Source of the DNA: Nitrospirota bacterium
Lineage (GTDB): Bacteria; Nitrospirota; UBA9217
Assembly (NCBI GenBank): GCA_963737155.1
Contig: CAVTRN010000002.1
Location: 1,728,001-1,792,000, forward strand
DNA length: 64,000 nucleotides
Reading direction: 5' to 3'
The notes below the pieces were generated by a model that did no database searches, was not told where the DNA came from, and saw only the letters and a program-made list of their open reading frames with translations. The translations under genes were made by a program, and so were the position numbers. The number at the start of each line of letters is the position of its first letter. The stretch's first letter is position 1. Positions 9,625 to 19,720 of the stretch are shown piece by piece.

Positions 9625-12309
9625 TCAATGAGCTTCATCCCAGTTTTTGCCCACACCCATATCGACTTTAATAGGTATTGAAAGCGCAAGCGCACCTTCC
9701 ATCTTTTCCTTGACAAGCTGTTTCATGGTCTCAATTTCGTCATCCGGTACCTCGAATACCAACTCATCATGGACCTGGAGGATCATTTGTGACCGTAATT
9801 TCCGCTGCTTCAACTCGGATTGGATGTTGATCATGGCCAACTTGATCAAGTCCGCCGCGGTACCCTGTATCGGGGTATTTACGGCAGTGCGCTCCCCGAA
9901 GCTTCGTACCGCCGCTGTTGAGGACGCTATCTCCGGGATGAACCTGCGTCTACCGAAAAGCGTGGTTACATACCCCTTTGTCTTCGCATCGCTTATGATT
10001 TGGTTTATGAATTCGCGGACCCGTGGATATCGCGAAAAATAGCTGTCGATGTAGCGCTTGGCCTCGTTGTTCGAAACGCCGATGTCCTGAGCGAGTCCGA
10101 AAGCGGAAATGCCGTAGATGATCCCGAAATTAACGGCCTTGGCCTTTCGTCGCATTTCGGACGTTATTTCCTCCGGTGCAAGACTGAAAATCTCGGACGC
10201 GGTGCGAGTGTGAATGTCCTCGTCCTCCTGGAATGTCTTGATAAGGGCTGTATCTCCGCTTAAATGGGCGAGAATTCGCAGTTCGACCTGTGAATAATCG
10301 GCCGAGAGCAGACTTGCGCCAGGCTCCGCAATAAAGGCCCTCCTGATTTCACGGCCCAAGTCGGTGCGAATGGGAATATTCTGGAGGTTCGGATCACTGC
10401 TCGATAGCCTGCCGGTCGCTGTCACGGTCTGATTGAGCGAGGTGTGGAGTCGGCCTGTCCGGGGATTGATCATGGCAGGAAGCGCGTCGACATACGTGGA
10501 CTTTAGTTTTGCGAGTGTCCGGTATTTCAGGATTTCGGCCGGGAGTGGATGGATATGGGCAAGTTCCTCGAGAACATCCACGTTCGTCGAGAATCCCGTT
10601 TTTGTTTTCTTCTGGGGTGCAAGCTGGAGTTTACCGAATAGGATTTCCGCGAGCTGTTTCGGAGAATTGATGTTGAAGGTCATGCCGGCCAGCTCATAGA
10701 TAATTATTTCTATATTGTTGATCTCCCGTTCGAGCTTGTGCGAGATGGCATTGAGAACAATAGGGTCGATCTTTACCCCCGCTCGCTCCATGTCCGCGAG
10801 CACTTCCATGAGAGGCATCTCGAGTTCACGAAACAGCTTGTCGAGATTTTGCTCCTGCAGCATTTGAGCCAACTTCTGCTTGAGCCGCAAGGCGATATCC
10901 GCATCTTCCCCGGAGTAGCGTGTTGCCGTCTTTACATCAACAGCAGAGAAACTGATCTGTTTTTTACCGGTCCCGGTGACTTCAGCGTAAGTAATGGTTT
11001 TGTAGTTGAGGTACTCGAGCGCAATCGCATCCAGACCATGGGAAGGTTTTCCAGGGTTGAGCAGGTACGAGGCGATCATGGTATCGAACGAAATACCTTG
11101 CACTGCGATTGCATAGTTGCTAAGCACGAGAAGGTCGTATTTTATATTTTGCCCAATTTTTTTTATTGCCGGATTTTCCATGAGGGGCTTAAGCGCTGTC
11201 AGTGCATGATCTGTGGTTATCTGGTTCGGTGCACCGGGATACTTGTGGCCTAGGGGAAGATAATATGCCTTGTGATGCGTCAGGGAAAAGGAGATGCCAA
11301 CAAGCTCGGCTTGGAGGGGATCAAGAGACGTTGTTTCAGTGTCGAAACAGAATTCCTCGGCTGTGGAAAGGGCATGGAGAAGACTCTGTAACGTGGATTC
11401 TTCCAGAATTGTTATATATGTTGCCTCCTGATCAGGTTCCAGGGCAACATACTTCAAGAGCGCAGTAAACTCGAGCTCTTTCAAGAGTCCTAGAAGAGCG
11501 GCACTGTCTGGCGGCTTCATTTTCAGGCGTTCATAATCCACGTCCAATGGAACATCGGATCTCAGCAGGGCAAGTTCACGGCTCAGACGGGCTATATGCG
11601 CGAACTCCCTCAGCGACTCCCTGAGTTTTGGCCTTTTAATTTCGTCGGCGCGCGCGAGAAGATTTTCGATTGTACCATACTCCTTGATGAGCGTCTGTGC
11701 AGTTTTCTCGCCAATGCCGGGTACTCCGGGAATGTTATCCGACGCGTCTCCCATTAGTCCCATGATTTCCACGACGCGATCCGGCGGTACGCCGAATCGT
11801 TCTTCTACATCCTTTGATTCGTACACTTTTTCCTTAAGTGTGTCGTAAACCCTGATATGGGGGCCGATGAGCTGAAGGATGTCTTTATCGCCCGTGACTA
11901 TCGTGATATCCATCCGCTGGGCCTCGGCTTTGCGGGCCAGGGTAGCGATAACATCGTCGGCTTCCTGGCCTTCCTGGATGAATACAGGGATGCGGAACGC
12001 ATCAACCAGTCGGTGAATATAGGGAATTTGCGGGACAAGATCAATGGGCATGGGAGGGCGATGCGCCTTATAATCCTTGAATTCCAGATGTCTCCGTGTG
12101 GGACCTTTAGGGTCAAATACGACAGCAAGAAATTCTGGATTTTTTTCCTTGACGACTTTGAGTAGCATATTAGCGAATCCGAAAACAGCATTTGTCGGCA
12201 GACCCGACGAGGTGGAGAGCCCTCGGATAGCATAAAAGGCGCGGTAGATGTAAGAATTTCCATCTATAATGTAAAAAATATCAGTCCTGCTATCCCGAGT
12301 ATTTCCCAT
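9625..12309 (-). CDS. polA: DNA polymerase I
   Basis: 5'-3' exonuclease (DGNSYIYRAFYA, EADD), 3'-5' exonuclease FDTETT, polymerase motifs DYSQVELR, AKAVNFGIIYG, QVHDEL. Confidence 0.98.
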   Translation of the reverse strand: MGNTRDSRTDIFYIIDGNSYIYRAFYAIRGLSTSSGLPTNAVFGFANMLLKVVKEKNPEFLAVVFDPKGPTRRHLEFKDYKAHRPPMPIDLVPQIPYIHRLVDAFRIPVFIQEGQEADDVIATLARKAEAQRMDITIVTGDKDILQLIGPHIRVYDTLKEKVYESKDVEERFGVPPDRVVEIMGLMGDASDNIPGVPGIGEKTAQTLIKEYGTIENLLARADEIKRPKLRESLREFAHIARLSRELALLRSDVPLDVDYERLKMKPPDSAALLGLLKELEFTALLKYVALEPDQEATYITILEESTLQSLLHALSTAEEFCFDTETTSLDPLQAELVGISFSLTHHKAYYLPLGHKYPGAPNQITTDHALTALKPLMENPAIKKIGQNIKYDLLVLSNYAIAVQGISFDTMIASYLLNPGKPSHGLDAIALEYLNYKTITYAEVTGTGKKQISFSAVDVKTATRYSGEDADIALRLKQKLAQMLQEQNLDKLFRELEMPLMEVLADMERAGVKIDPIVLNAISHKLEREINNIEIIIYELAGMTFNINSPKQLAEILFGKLQLAPQKKTKTGFSTNVDVLEELAHIHPLPAEILKYRTLAKLKSTYVDALPAMINPRTGRLHTSLNQTVTATGRLSSSDPNLQNIPIRTDLGREIRRAFIAEPGASLLSADYSQVELRILAHLSGDTALIKTFQEDEDIHTRTASEIFSLAPEEITSEMRRKAKAVNFGIIYGISAFGLAQDIGVSNNEAKRYIDSYFSRYPRVREFINQIISDAKTKGYVTTLFGRRRFIPEIASSTAAVRSFGERTAVNTPIQGTAADLIKLAMINIQSELKQRKLRSQMILQVHDELVFEVPDDEIETMKQLVKEKMEGALALSIPIKVDMGVGKNWDEAH

Positions 12310-12748
12310 AGGTTATGAGTATATCGTATCTGGATTCAAAACACAACGGGAGACCGGCGTAGCAACATTGAGTGTCTGAAACTATGCGAACTATCGCGAA
12401 GATTGCAGGCAGGGGAAGAGATGCTTGTCATAGAACGGCGTCATTTTAAAATGATTCTCGACGATACTAGGTGAGCGGTTCCGGTCAGGCAGCGAACCAA
12501 TTAACTGCTTGGATTACTTTGGATAGTAGATAATACGTATGGTCAAAATGGTACATAGCTGAAAGAATTGAAAGAACGGCTTGTTTATTTGGTGGTTTTC
12601 GCTCAAGGTGCTCACTATCGCTCTATCTAATCGATCACTATTAAATAGTCATAAAATTAATTCTCTGATATATCAATATTATAAGTCTTTTTTTATTAGG
12701 TATCCTTTTTGCAGTTTCATAAAAAAATATCCTTATTGTGAGGCAGTT

Positions 12749-13015
12749 ATGGAATGTAACGTGCAGAACGCAAATTATGAGAGAGTTATGGCCGTCATGG
12801 AGAAATTCCTGAAGGAGCGGTCTCATAACATCTGCAGCTGCCCACGGTGCATGAACGATATTGCAGCTATTGCCCTGAACTTTTTGCCCCCTCATTATTT
12901 CGTCATAACTAATGGAGCAAATGCGGTGGGCTCCCCTTGGGTTATGATTGAAACCGCTGTTGTTGAAGCAATTGACCGTGTGTCAGAAAAACCGAATCAC
13001 TCTCACAAGAAGTGA
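12749..13015 (+). CDS. ComFB family (late competence development) protein
   Basis: CSCPRCMNDIAAIALNFLPPHY and terminal KPNH match the ComFB pattern; start at ATG 12749. Confidence 0.8.
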   Translation: MECNVQNANYERVMAVMEKFLKERSHNICSCPRCMNDIAAIALNFLPPHYFVITNGANAVGSPWVMIETAVVEAIDRVSEKPNHSHKK

Positions 13016-13203
13016 AAGCCTTCCCGTTCCTCCGATTCGTTTCATAGTATTCGTGATCCGGATTTAGCGACGCTAGATTTATCTAAACAAATCGACAATC
13101 TGCAGGATTCATATCATTGCCTATGATAAGCGAAAAGGGGAAAATTGGTGCTTCTCATGATGCCTTTGCGGTCATTAAATGAGGAAACCGCCGAAAGATT
13201 TTC

Positions 13204-13233
13204 TTGACAGTCAAAGCAGGAATAGGGTATAAA
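13204..13233 (+). promoter_or_regulatory. Sigma70-type promoter of tRNA-Thr
   Basis: TTGACA-N18-TATAAA about 35 nt upstream of the tRNA. Confidence 0.6.
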
Positions 13234-13268
13234 CTACCGTCAATTTGTCCCACGACTTCGCCTCTCAG

Positions 13269-13343
13269 GCCGACGTAGCTCAGTGGTAGAGCAGCTGATT
13301 CGTAATCAGCTGGTCGGAGGTTCAACTCCTCTCGTCGGCTCCA
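13269..13343 (+). tRNA. tRNA-Thr(CGT)
   Basis: Cloverleaf: acceptor GCCGACG/CGTCGGC, anticodon arm GCTGA-TTCGTAA-TCAGC, T arm GGAGG-TTCAACT-CCTCT, encoded CCA. Confidence 0.97.
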
Positions 13344-13494
13344 TTTTTCCAAACAGTTACAATTCTTTCCAAGAAATTACTTTAAGCGAAAAGTACGCAC
13401 TAAGTCTGGCGCATATTGAAACGTCGCGTTCAGGAGCATTGATATTTGTAAAAAAGTAATCGCAATTATAACGCCATGTGTTATAATGTGCTAC

Positions 13495-13776
13495 ATGATA
13501 AGCAACTTCGCTGATAAAGATACCGAGATTTTATACATAACGGGAAAGAGCAAGCGGTATCCCTCAACGATCATAAAAACAACATTACGAAAGCTTGATT
13601 ATTTGAACAAGGCAAAGACATTGAGTGACCTAGATGCATCACCGGGTAATCGACCGGAGGCGCTGAAAGGCGGTCTTAGGGGAAAACACAGCATCAGGAT
13701 AAATGATCAATTTCGCATTGTTTTCCAATTCAGCGACGGTGAAGCATCCGAAGTCGAAGTCGTGGATTATCACTAA
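13495..13776 (+). CDS. higB: HigB-type RelE/ParE toxin (plasmid maintenance killer family)
   Basis: MISNFADKDTE..RKLDYL..SPGNRPEALKG..HSIRINDQFRIVF..VDYH; upstream of a HigA gene. Confidence 0.88.
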   Translation: MISNFADKDTEILYITGKSKRYPSTIIKTTLRKLDYLNKAKTLSDLDASPGNRPEALKGGLRGKHSIRINDQFRIVFQFSDGEASEVEVVDYH

Positions 13777-13788
13777 GGAGAAATAATA

Positions 13789-14103
13789 ATGGCAAAGTAC
13801 GAACTAAAAAGAAATCCTACCCATCCCGGGGAAATCCTAAGAGAGGACTTTTTGTCGCCTCTGAGGCTTACCCAGACTGAGCTTGCTAAGGCGCTCAAAA
13901 CCTCATTCAGGACTATCAACGAAATCTTAAATGAAAAGCGTAGTATTAGCCCGGACATGGCGCTGAGGCTAAGCCGTTATTTCGGGACATCACCCGATGT
14001 ATGGATTGGCCTTCAAGCGGATTACGATCTTTACTGGGCAAGGATGAAATCAAAGAAGATGATCAACGAGATCAAACCGTATCATGGAAAGCGCGCGGCA
14101 TAG
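13789..14103 (+). CDS. higA: HigA family antitoxin (HTH-XRE)
   Basis: PTHPGEILREDFL, INEILNEKRSISPDMALRL, FGTSPDVWIGLQADYDL. Confidence 0.92.
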   Translation: MAKYELKRNPTHPGEILREDFLSPLRLTQTELAKALKTSFRTINEILNEKRSISPDMALRLSRYFGTSPDVWIGLQADYDLYWARMKSKKMINEIKPYHGKRAA

Positions 14104-14438
14104 TCTGTTCTGCCTCGCGTTTAAAGCATTCATATGGATGGAATCTTCTGCAAGGCAATAACTGAAATTCCGCACTCCTTCCTGTTTTATGTACTTTTGG
14201 CGATACAGGCCAATAGTACTTTGAAGTAGTCTGCAATTACCTTCTCAACGATGCACGCATTTCGTAAAATTCCGCGGCGATCCTAGGGGAAATCCCCCAA
14301 CCCGTAATGAGTTTGGAGGATATCACATCTTTCTTCAACCAACAAATCTATCAAACAGAATAGTTCTCTAACTTATAAGTTAATCTTACGTTCTGCAACA
14401 TATTGTATAATAAAGCGTATTTCATAGTCAGATAGTTT

Positions 14439-14483
14439 GTAATCAGCTGGTCGGAGGTTCAACTCCTCTCGTCGGCTCCATTT
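14439..14483 (+). repeat. Exact copy of the tRNA-Thr 3' half (att site)
   Basis: GTAATCAGCTGGTCGGAGGTTCAACTCCTCTCGTCGGCTCCATTT is identical to 13302-13346 and is followed by the IHF-like TATCAAGCACTTA. Confidence 0.95.
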
Positions 14484-14536
14484 ATCAAGCACTTACAACG
14501 AAATTTTCAGGTAAAATTTCCCTCAAATACTCCCCC

Positions 14537-14597
14537 TCGTAATCAGCAGGTCGTTAGCTCGATTCTGCCTATCCGCACAACTTATCAAACACTTACA
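14537..14597 (+). repeat. Degenerate tRNA-Thr 3' copy plus IHF-like site
   Basis: TCGTAATCAGCAGGTCG... then TATCAAACACTTA (14583-14595); 14439-14537 and 14537-14627 look like an imperfect tandem duplication (both end AAATACTCC.CCT). Confidence 0.7.
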
Positions 14598-15057
14598 GCT
14601 GGACTTTCAGCATAAATACTCCACCTATCGGAAATCGCTAGACGAGTTTCGGAGGTGTTTTGGTCCAGCTGAGACAGCGATTTCAATTGTTGTCGGACAG
14701 CGTTCTCAATAAGTATTGAGCTCGATTCCGGACGTCCTCATAGAGAAAGATACCATGAAGTGTCTCTTAAATTACATCATCATGATGAATCCCCAATGAA
14801 CCTCGGCGCTTAATGTGATATAAACGCGTTCCTGTTCACATATTCTTTTTGGATCCTTGTACTTTATGATACTGGTATTAGTCGACCGTACCTTCCTGTA
14901 GTTCTTGTCGTCGCCGTTCTTTGCAACTCATAAACTTTGAACCCGAATCTTGCACCACATACCCATAAAATACTCCATCGCCCTGACACAAACCATTCCA
15001 CATTTCAATCTTTACAATACTGCATCTTTCACCTATTATGTGGAGTGTTTGCATAAA

Positions 15058-15339
15058 ATCCTTAAGTCATTTAAGGACAACGAGACTGGAAAAATATATT
15101 TTCGGGAGCGTTCGCGGAAATTGCCTCCAGATATTCAGCAGGTTGCCTTGAGGAAATTACGCATGGTCAATAATGCAAAGACCATCAACGACCTGAGAAT
15201 TTCACCAGCAAATAGGTTGGAAAAACTTGTTGGTAATAGGTCAGGGCAGTACAGCATTCGCATAAACGATCAGTGGCGTATTTGCTTTATCTGGAAAGAT
15301 AGCGCTGCGACTGACGTAGAAATCACCGATTATCATTGA
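15058..15339 (+). CDS. higB: Second HigB-type toxin, start codon uncertain (ATC at expected Met)
   Basis: ILKSFKD..ALRKLRMV..NRLEKLVGNRSGQYSIRINDQWRICF..ITDYH; GTG 15040 and TTG 15049 are in-frame alternatives. Confidence 0.8.
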   Translation: MLKSFKDNETGKIYFRERSRKLPPDIQQVALRKLRMVNNAKTINDLRISPANRLEKLVGNRSGQYSIRINDQWRICFIWKDSAATDVEITDYH

Positions 15340-15349
15340 GGATAGGAAG

Positions 15350-15655
15350 ATGAAGAAAAACAAATTACATCCAGTACATCCCGGCGAGATCCTTTTTGAG
15401 GAATTTCTTAAACCCATGGGATTGAGCCAGAATAAACTCGCTGTAAGCGTCGGCGTTCCAGCACGGAGAATAAACGAAATCGTACTGAAAAAAGGAAAAA
15501 TATCAGCCGATACGGCGCTCAGACTTGGTAGATTTTTTGGAACGTCCTCGGAATTTTGGCTTGGGTTGCAGTCTCAGTATGATCTAGATGTCGCTGCGGA
15601 CGCCCTCGGGAGCCGACTGATTAAGGAAGTCAAAGAATACTCTCAGGTTGCATGA
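15350..15655 (+). CDS. higA: Second HigA family antitoxin
   Basis: PVHPGEILFEEFLKPMGLSQ, RRINEIV, ADTALRLGRFFGTS.EFWLGLQ. Confidence 0.92.
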   Translation: MKKNKLHPVHPGEILFEEFLKPMGLSQNKLAVSVGVPARRINEIVLKKGKISADTALRLGRFFGTSSEFWLGLQSQYDLDVAADALGSRLIKEVKEYSQVA

Positions 15656-15892
15656 CAACCAGGATGTAATTCGCAGGCTGGTGCAACAATTCCTCCGTTT
15701 AGTCATTCCTGAGGGTCGCAACCGTTTAGATTATTCGAAATTGTAAGTTTCCTTCCGAATTTGATAACGCATTCCAAAAAAGAATTTACCCCGTAACCCA
15801 ATTGACAAACCCAATTGATATTATTGACATCGCCCCGCATTAAGAATATATTTACCTAAAAATGATATTATATTTTGTCTCAAATGCATAAT

Positions 15893-17488
15893 TGAACTCT
15901 GGTCCGCGTATTCCCCCTGCTAGGCGCGAAGCGCCAGGAGGCGGGTTAAGCGGATCAATTTTGATTTAATTTCATTGAGTTGTGCTATAATATCTCGCAT
16001 GTCACCATCAACAAGCGGAGTCAAATTCAGGGCGTATCCGACAGAGAAACAGCAAGAGGAACTGTCTCAGTGGATCGGATGCCAGCGCCTGATATACAAC
16101 GCCAAGGTTTCAGAAACGAAATATTTCTATACCTTCAGAAAACACTCCCTTTCCTTAACCGGCATACAGCTTCCAAACGACCAGCAATACTCGCAGTTTA
16201 AGGATAAGGAATTAACCCCTTTTTTGTACGAGCTGCCTTCTCAAGTGCTCCGGAATGGTGCCGTCAGATTTATCGGCGCCCAACAACGCTTTTTCAATGG
16301 GCTTGCCAGCGTCCAACGTTTAAGAAGAAGTCAGGCCGCCAAACTGTTTGGCTTACCAGCGAGCTATTTAGATTCGTGCCCACCGGCAAACGCAAAAGCA
16401 GCCACAACAGCAAGCAGGGCAAAACCATCTACGACCACAAACTGCTGCTCGGCACAAAAACACACAACCTCGGAGAATTGCGCTTTAAGGCCCACACGGA
16501 ATACGATCTACCGGCAACCATTACTATCGCGCGGGAAGCCGGTAAGTGGTTCGTGTCGTTCTCCTATGCAGCGCCTGACGATCTCAGCTTATCGGAATCC
16601 GATCTTACCGCCCGTTACTCCGCGATGAACGTCCAGAACCTCGATAAAATCACGATGGGCATGGACCGCGACGTAGTAACCCCTGCGGCATCGAGCGATG
16701 GTGCCAATCATGACTACACCGGCAATCAAAAGCGCAATCTCGATGTAAAAGAGATCCGCCGGAAACGCTATCAGCGCATAATGGCCCGCAGGCAAAAAGG
16801 GTCAGGGCGCTGGAAGCGCGCAATGAGTAAGGTCTCGAGCAGCCATGCGCATGCAGCTAACGTCCGTTCGGACTTCGCCCACAAAACCAGCCGTAAGATT
16901 ATAGATTCCGATGTCGAGGTCATTGTATTCGAGGATCTCAAAATAAAGAACATGACCAAGGCACCGGAACCAAAACCAGCAAATAACGGCACAGGCGCGT
17001 ATCTCCCCAACGGAGCTGCTGCCAAGGCGGGTCTCAATAAGGCGATCCTCGAGTCCGCCTGGGGCAAAGTAAGGCTGTTCACTACCTACAAGGCCAAAAG
17101 AGCAAACAAATTAGTCATCGCCGTACCGCCGCACTGCACGTCGCAGGAGTGTTCGAAGTGTTCGCACACTCACCCGGATAATCGCCAGTCTCAGGCGAAA
17201 TTCGAATGCCAACGCTGCGGTTTTACAGCAAACGCCGACTTTAACGCATCCGTCTCTGTCAAAAACAGAGGTATCCGGATGCTGTTCGCCGGCGAGATTG
17301 CCGTAAAACAAACAACGCGTGCCATGCGGTTAAAGAAAAAGCAGCAACTAGGTCGGGAACCGGCCGAAGTCACGCGCGGGGAGATGGGAATAAGACAATT
17401 TGAGGGCAAATGCCTTCAGATCGCATCCGTCAGGAACCGTGAAACCCCCACTACAACCGTTCTTACGGTTTAGTGGCGGGAGAGTTCA
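15893..17488 (+). mobile_element. IS200/IS605-family (IS1341-type, tnpB-only) element
   Basis: Left hairpin (GGCGC-GAA-GCGCC, about 15912-15945); right end GAAACCCCCACTAC..TAGTGGCGGGAGAGTTCA; no tnpA. Left boundary approximate. Confidence 0.75.
15999..17473 (+). pseudogene. tnpB: TnpB RNA-guided endonuclease, frameshifted near 16308
   Basis: KFRAYPTEKQ..IGCQRLIYN in one frame continues as RPTFKKK in another; RuvC-I MGMD, RuvC-II FEDL, zinc finger CSKC/CQRC, RuvC-III NADFNAS. Confidence 0.88.
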
Positions 17489-17637
17489 TTATATGAAGTA
17501 TATTTCTAATCGTGGACTCAGACACACTGCGACTAGCCAAAGGGTTGTGCGTGACCCGCTCGTTCTCCGCTGTCTCAAACTGGAACCTGGCCGGTCAGAC
17601 CGCACACAGCGCGCATTCGGCGCATCAAGGGAGAAAA

Positions 17638-19089
17638 ATGAAAGATATCCTCAATGCCTATATTGAAAGCACCGTAGAGATGCGTGCGATGCTTGCGCAG
17701 CGGACGCCGGGAGAGTCGGCCCATGACGAGGCGGTCCTCAGCGGTTTGAGAAAAGGCTGGCCGATCAAAAAGGCCCTCAAACGGGCCGCCGAGAAGCATC
17801 CGGCTGAGGCGCTCCAATGGACCCCGGAAACGCTCGCGGACATCGAGGGGCATTATGATTGGCTGCTGAAACATGAGGAGATCATGGCAAAGGCCAAGGC
17901 ACTGGGCTTCAAGGAAGAGATACGGTTTATTCCGCCGAGGTCGAACGCGGCTGCGTTGACCGGGTCAGGCGAGCCCGCTCCGGGGATGTCTTTTGTCGCC
18001 GTGAACAGGATAATGGAAAAACGCATGACCACAGAGCCGGGACTGGCTGAAGATCTCGCACAGAAGGGGAAAGGCTGTCTTCGCTTCGGCAGGGCGATGA
18101 CCGACGAACAATTGATCGATAAAGTACGCGTCCTCGGCCTGAGTCTGGACAGGACGGTATTCGATGAGCTACACAAGGGCCATTTGTCGGCTGAAGAAAT
18201 GTCCCTGTCCCTTAGCCGCGAGCGCCGACTCACCTTCAAGGGCTTCGAAGAGGAGTGGCTGTGGGTGTGCCTCACCGTGCTGTGGGAACGGTGGGCGTCC
18301 GAAACGCCGAACCTCGAAATGATCGACGATGCCATGCAGGAAGGCTATGACTTCTCAGACAAAGGCGAAAGCGACAAGGCCATAACCGCCTGGTTCGGCG
18401 TCTGGAAAAACATTCTGGCGGCGATGGACGCCAATAAGATGAAGACGCTTCATGAGTTCAATGCGGTTTTTCGCGGGTCGCAGTTTGTTCGCAACTGGGT
18501 GCAGGACGTTGAAACTGAGCTTCTGAATGCATGCTGGAAAAATAACAACCGCTGCAGCGAACGCATACGTTTTTGCGAGGAGGTGATCGAGCGGACCGCA
18601 GGGAACGACTCTTCAATGATAGAGGACATGCGGCGGGCCATCGGGGACTCCTACGCCGTTATGGACGACAGGCAGCAGGCGGACTCGTTGTTCGACGGCT
18701 GGCTGAAAGCAGACCCGGAGTGGGGCTGGGGCTGGATTGGCTGGTCGGACAGCTATGCCCTGTTCACACGGGGGAAAAAAGACTACGACCGCGCCGAGCA
18801 AATCCTGAAGAGCGGCCTTGCGACTCCGGGAGTAAGGGACCGGGACGACCTCCTCGAGCGAATGATGCGGATTTATGAAGAAACCGGCCGGAAGGAAGAC
18901 GCAGAACGGATCCGGGAAGAGCTCGGCATGCCTGATGAGCGGCTTGAAGACGGCGAGATTGAGGAGTCAATCGACGGAGGAATTGCCGACATTGGTCTTT
19001 CGGAGAAGACTCAGTCAAAGAAAATCGGAAGGAACGAACCCTGCCCATGCGGCAGCGGAAAGAAATACAAGAAGTGCTGCATTGGATGA
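17638..19089 (+). CDS. SEC-C motif domain-containing helical (TPR-like) protein
   Basis: C-terminal KIGRNEPCPCGSGKKYKKCC; DPEWGWGWIGWSD motif; AAGGGAG RBS before ATG 17638. Confidence 0.85.
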   Translation: MKDILNAYIESTVEMRAMLAQRTPGESAHDEAVLSGLRKGWPIKKALKRAAEKHPAEALQWTPETLADIEGHYDWLLKHEEIMAKAKALGFKEEIRFIPPRSNAAALTGSGEPAPGMSFVAVNRIMEKRMTTEPGLAEDLAQKGKGCLRFGRAMTDEQLIDKVRVLGLSLDRTVFDELHKGHLSAEEMSLSLSRERRLTFKGFEEEWLWVCLTVLWERWASETPNLEMIDDAMQEGYDFSDKGESDKAITAWFGVWKNILAAMDANKMKTLHEFNAVFRGSQFVRNWVQDVETELLNACWKNNNRCSERIRFCEEVIERTAGNDSSMIEDMRRAIGDSYAVMDDRQQADSLFDGWLKADPEWGWGWIGWSDSYALFTRGKKDYDRAEQILKSGLATPGVRDRDDLLERMMRIYEETGRKEDAERIREELGMPDERLEDGEIEESIDGGIADIGLSEKTQSKKIGRNEPCPCGSGKKYKKCCIG

Positions 19090-19141
19090 GGATGTTTAAG
19101 AGGTTTCCATGTAAGTAGAGTTTGCTTCATTCGGAGGTAAC

Positions 19142-19645
19142 ATGTCACTAAATGGGGAACCCGGCAAAGCGACGAAGAAGTTGAAGGCCGATGGAGCTTT
19201 CAATCCATGTCCGGTAGACGACGGCGATGAACTTTATCCGAACGGCATTTTCGAGTTTAACATAACAAAAATGCTCGAATATATTCAAGGCAAACCTGAC
19301 GGCATTACCATTGAGGAAGTGGCAGTAAGTAATTTCTATAGAAGTATATCGTCTATAAACGAGGCACACGTCAATTCGGTCGAACTATCAAGACCCGTGA
19401 TACTGGCGGAGATTTCGCCGGGGAAATACAACCTTTTAGACGGTCACCACAGAATGGAAAAAGCGAGAAGGACGGGAGTAACAAGTGTGTTAGCGTACCG
19501 GCTTAACGTTCTACAGCACATAAGCTTCTTGACATCTAAAAAAGCCTACCTCGCCTTCATCGAGTATTGGAACGGCAAACTGGAAGACTTAGTCCCGGCA
19601 AGTAGGATGACTGGCGGACGGAAAGGCGTGTGTAACCGCATATGA
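19142..19645 (+). CDS. Small ParB/Sulfiredoxin-like domain protein
   Basis: RPVILAEISPGKYNLLDGHHRMEKA matches the ParB N-terminal DGxHR motif; GGAGG RBS. Confidence 0.75.
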   Translation: MSLNGEPGKATKKLKADGAFNPCPVDDGDELYPNGIFEFNITKMLEYIQGKPDGITIEEVAVSNFYRSISSINEAHVNSVELSRPVILAEISPGKYNLLDGHHRMEKARRTGVTSVLAYRLNVLQHISFLTSKKAYLAFIEYWNGKLEDLVPASRMTGGRKGVCNRI

Positions 19646-19720
19646 GGAAGAAACATGAAGGTGGGCGCACACTGATTTTCATCGGTAAGTTAAGCGCGTG
19701 TTATCGAAGGAGTTGATGAT

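Noticed and set aside
13155-13352. 65-aa minus-strand ORF
   Set aside because: It is the antisense reading of tRNA-Thr
14104-14940. Integrase remnants between the TA modules
   Set aside because: Partial manual translation showed no R-H-R-Y tyrosine recombinase motifs; a BLASTX would be needed to exclude highly decayed fragments
15666-15695. Additional att copy after higA2
   Set aside because: Only 20 of 30 positions match and no IHF-like box follows; mentioned only as a trace
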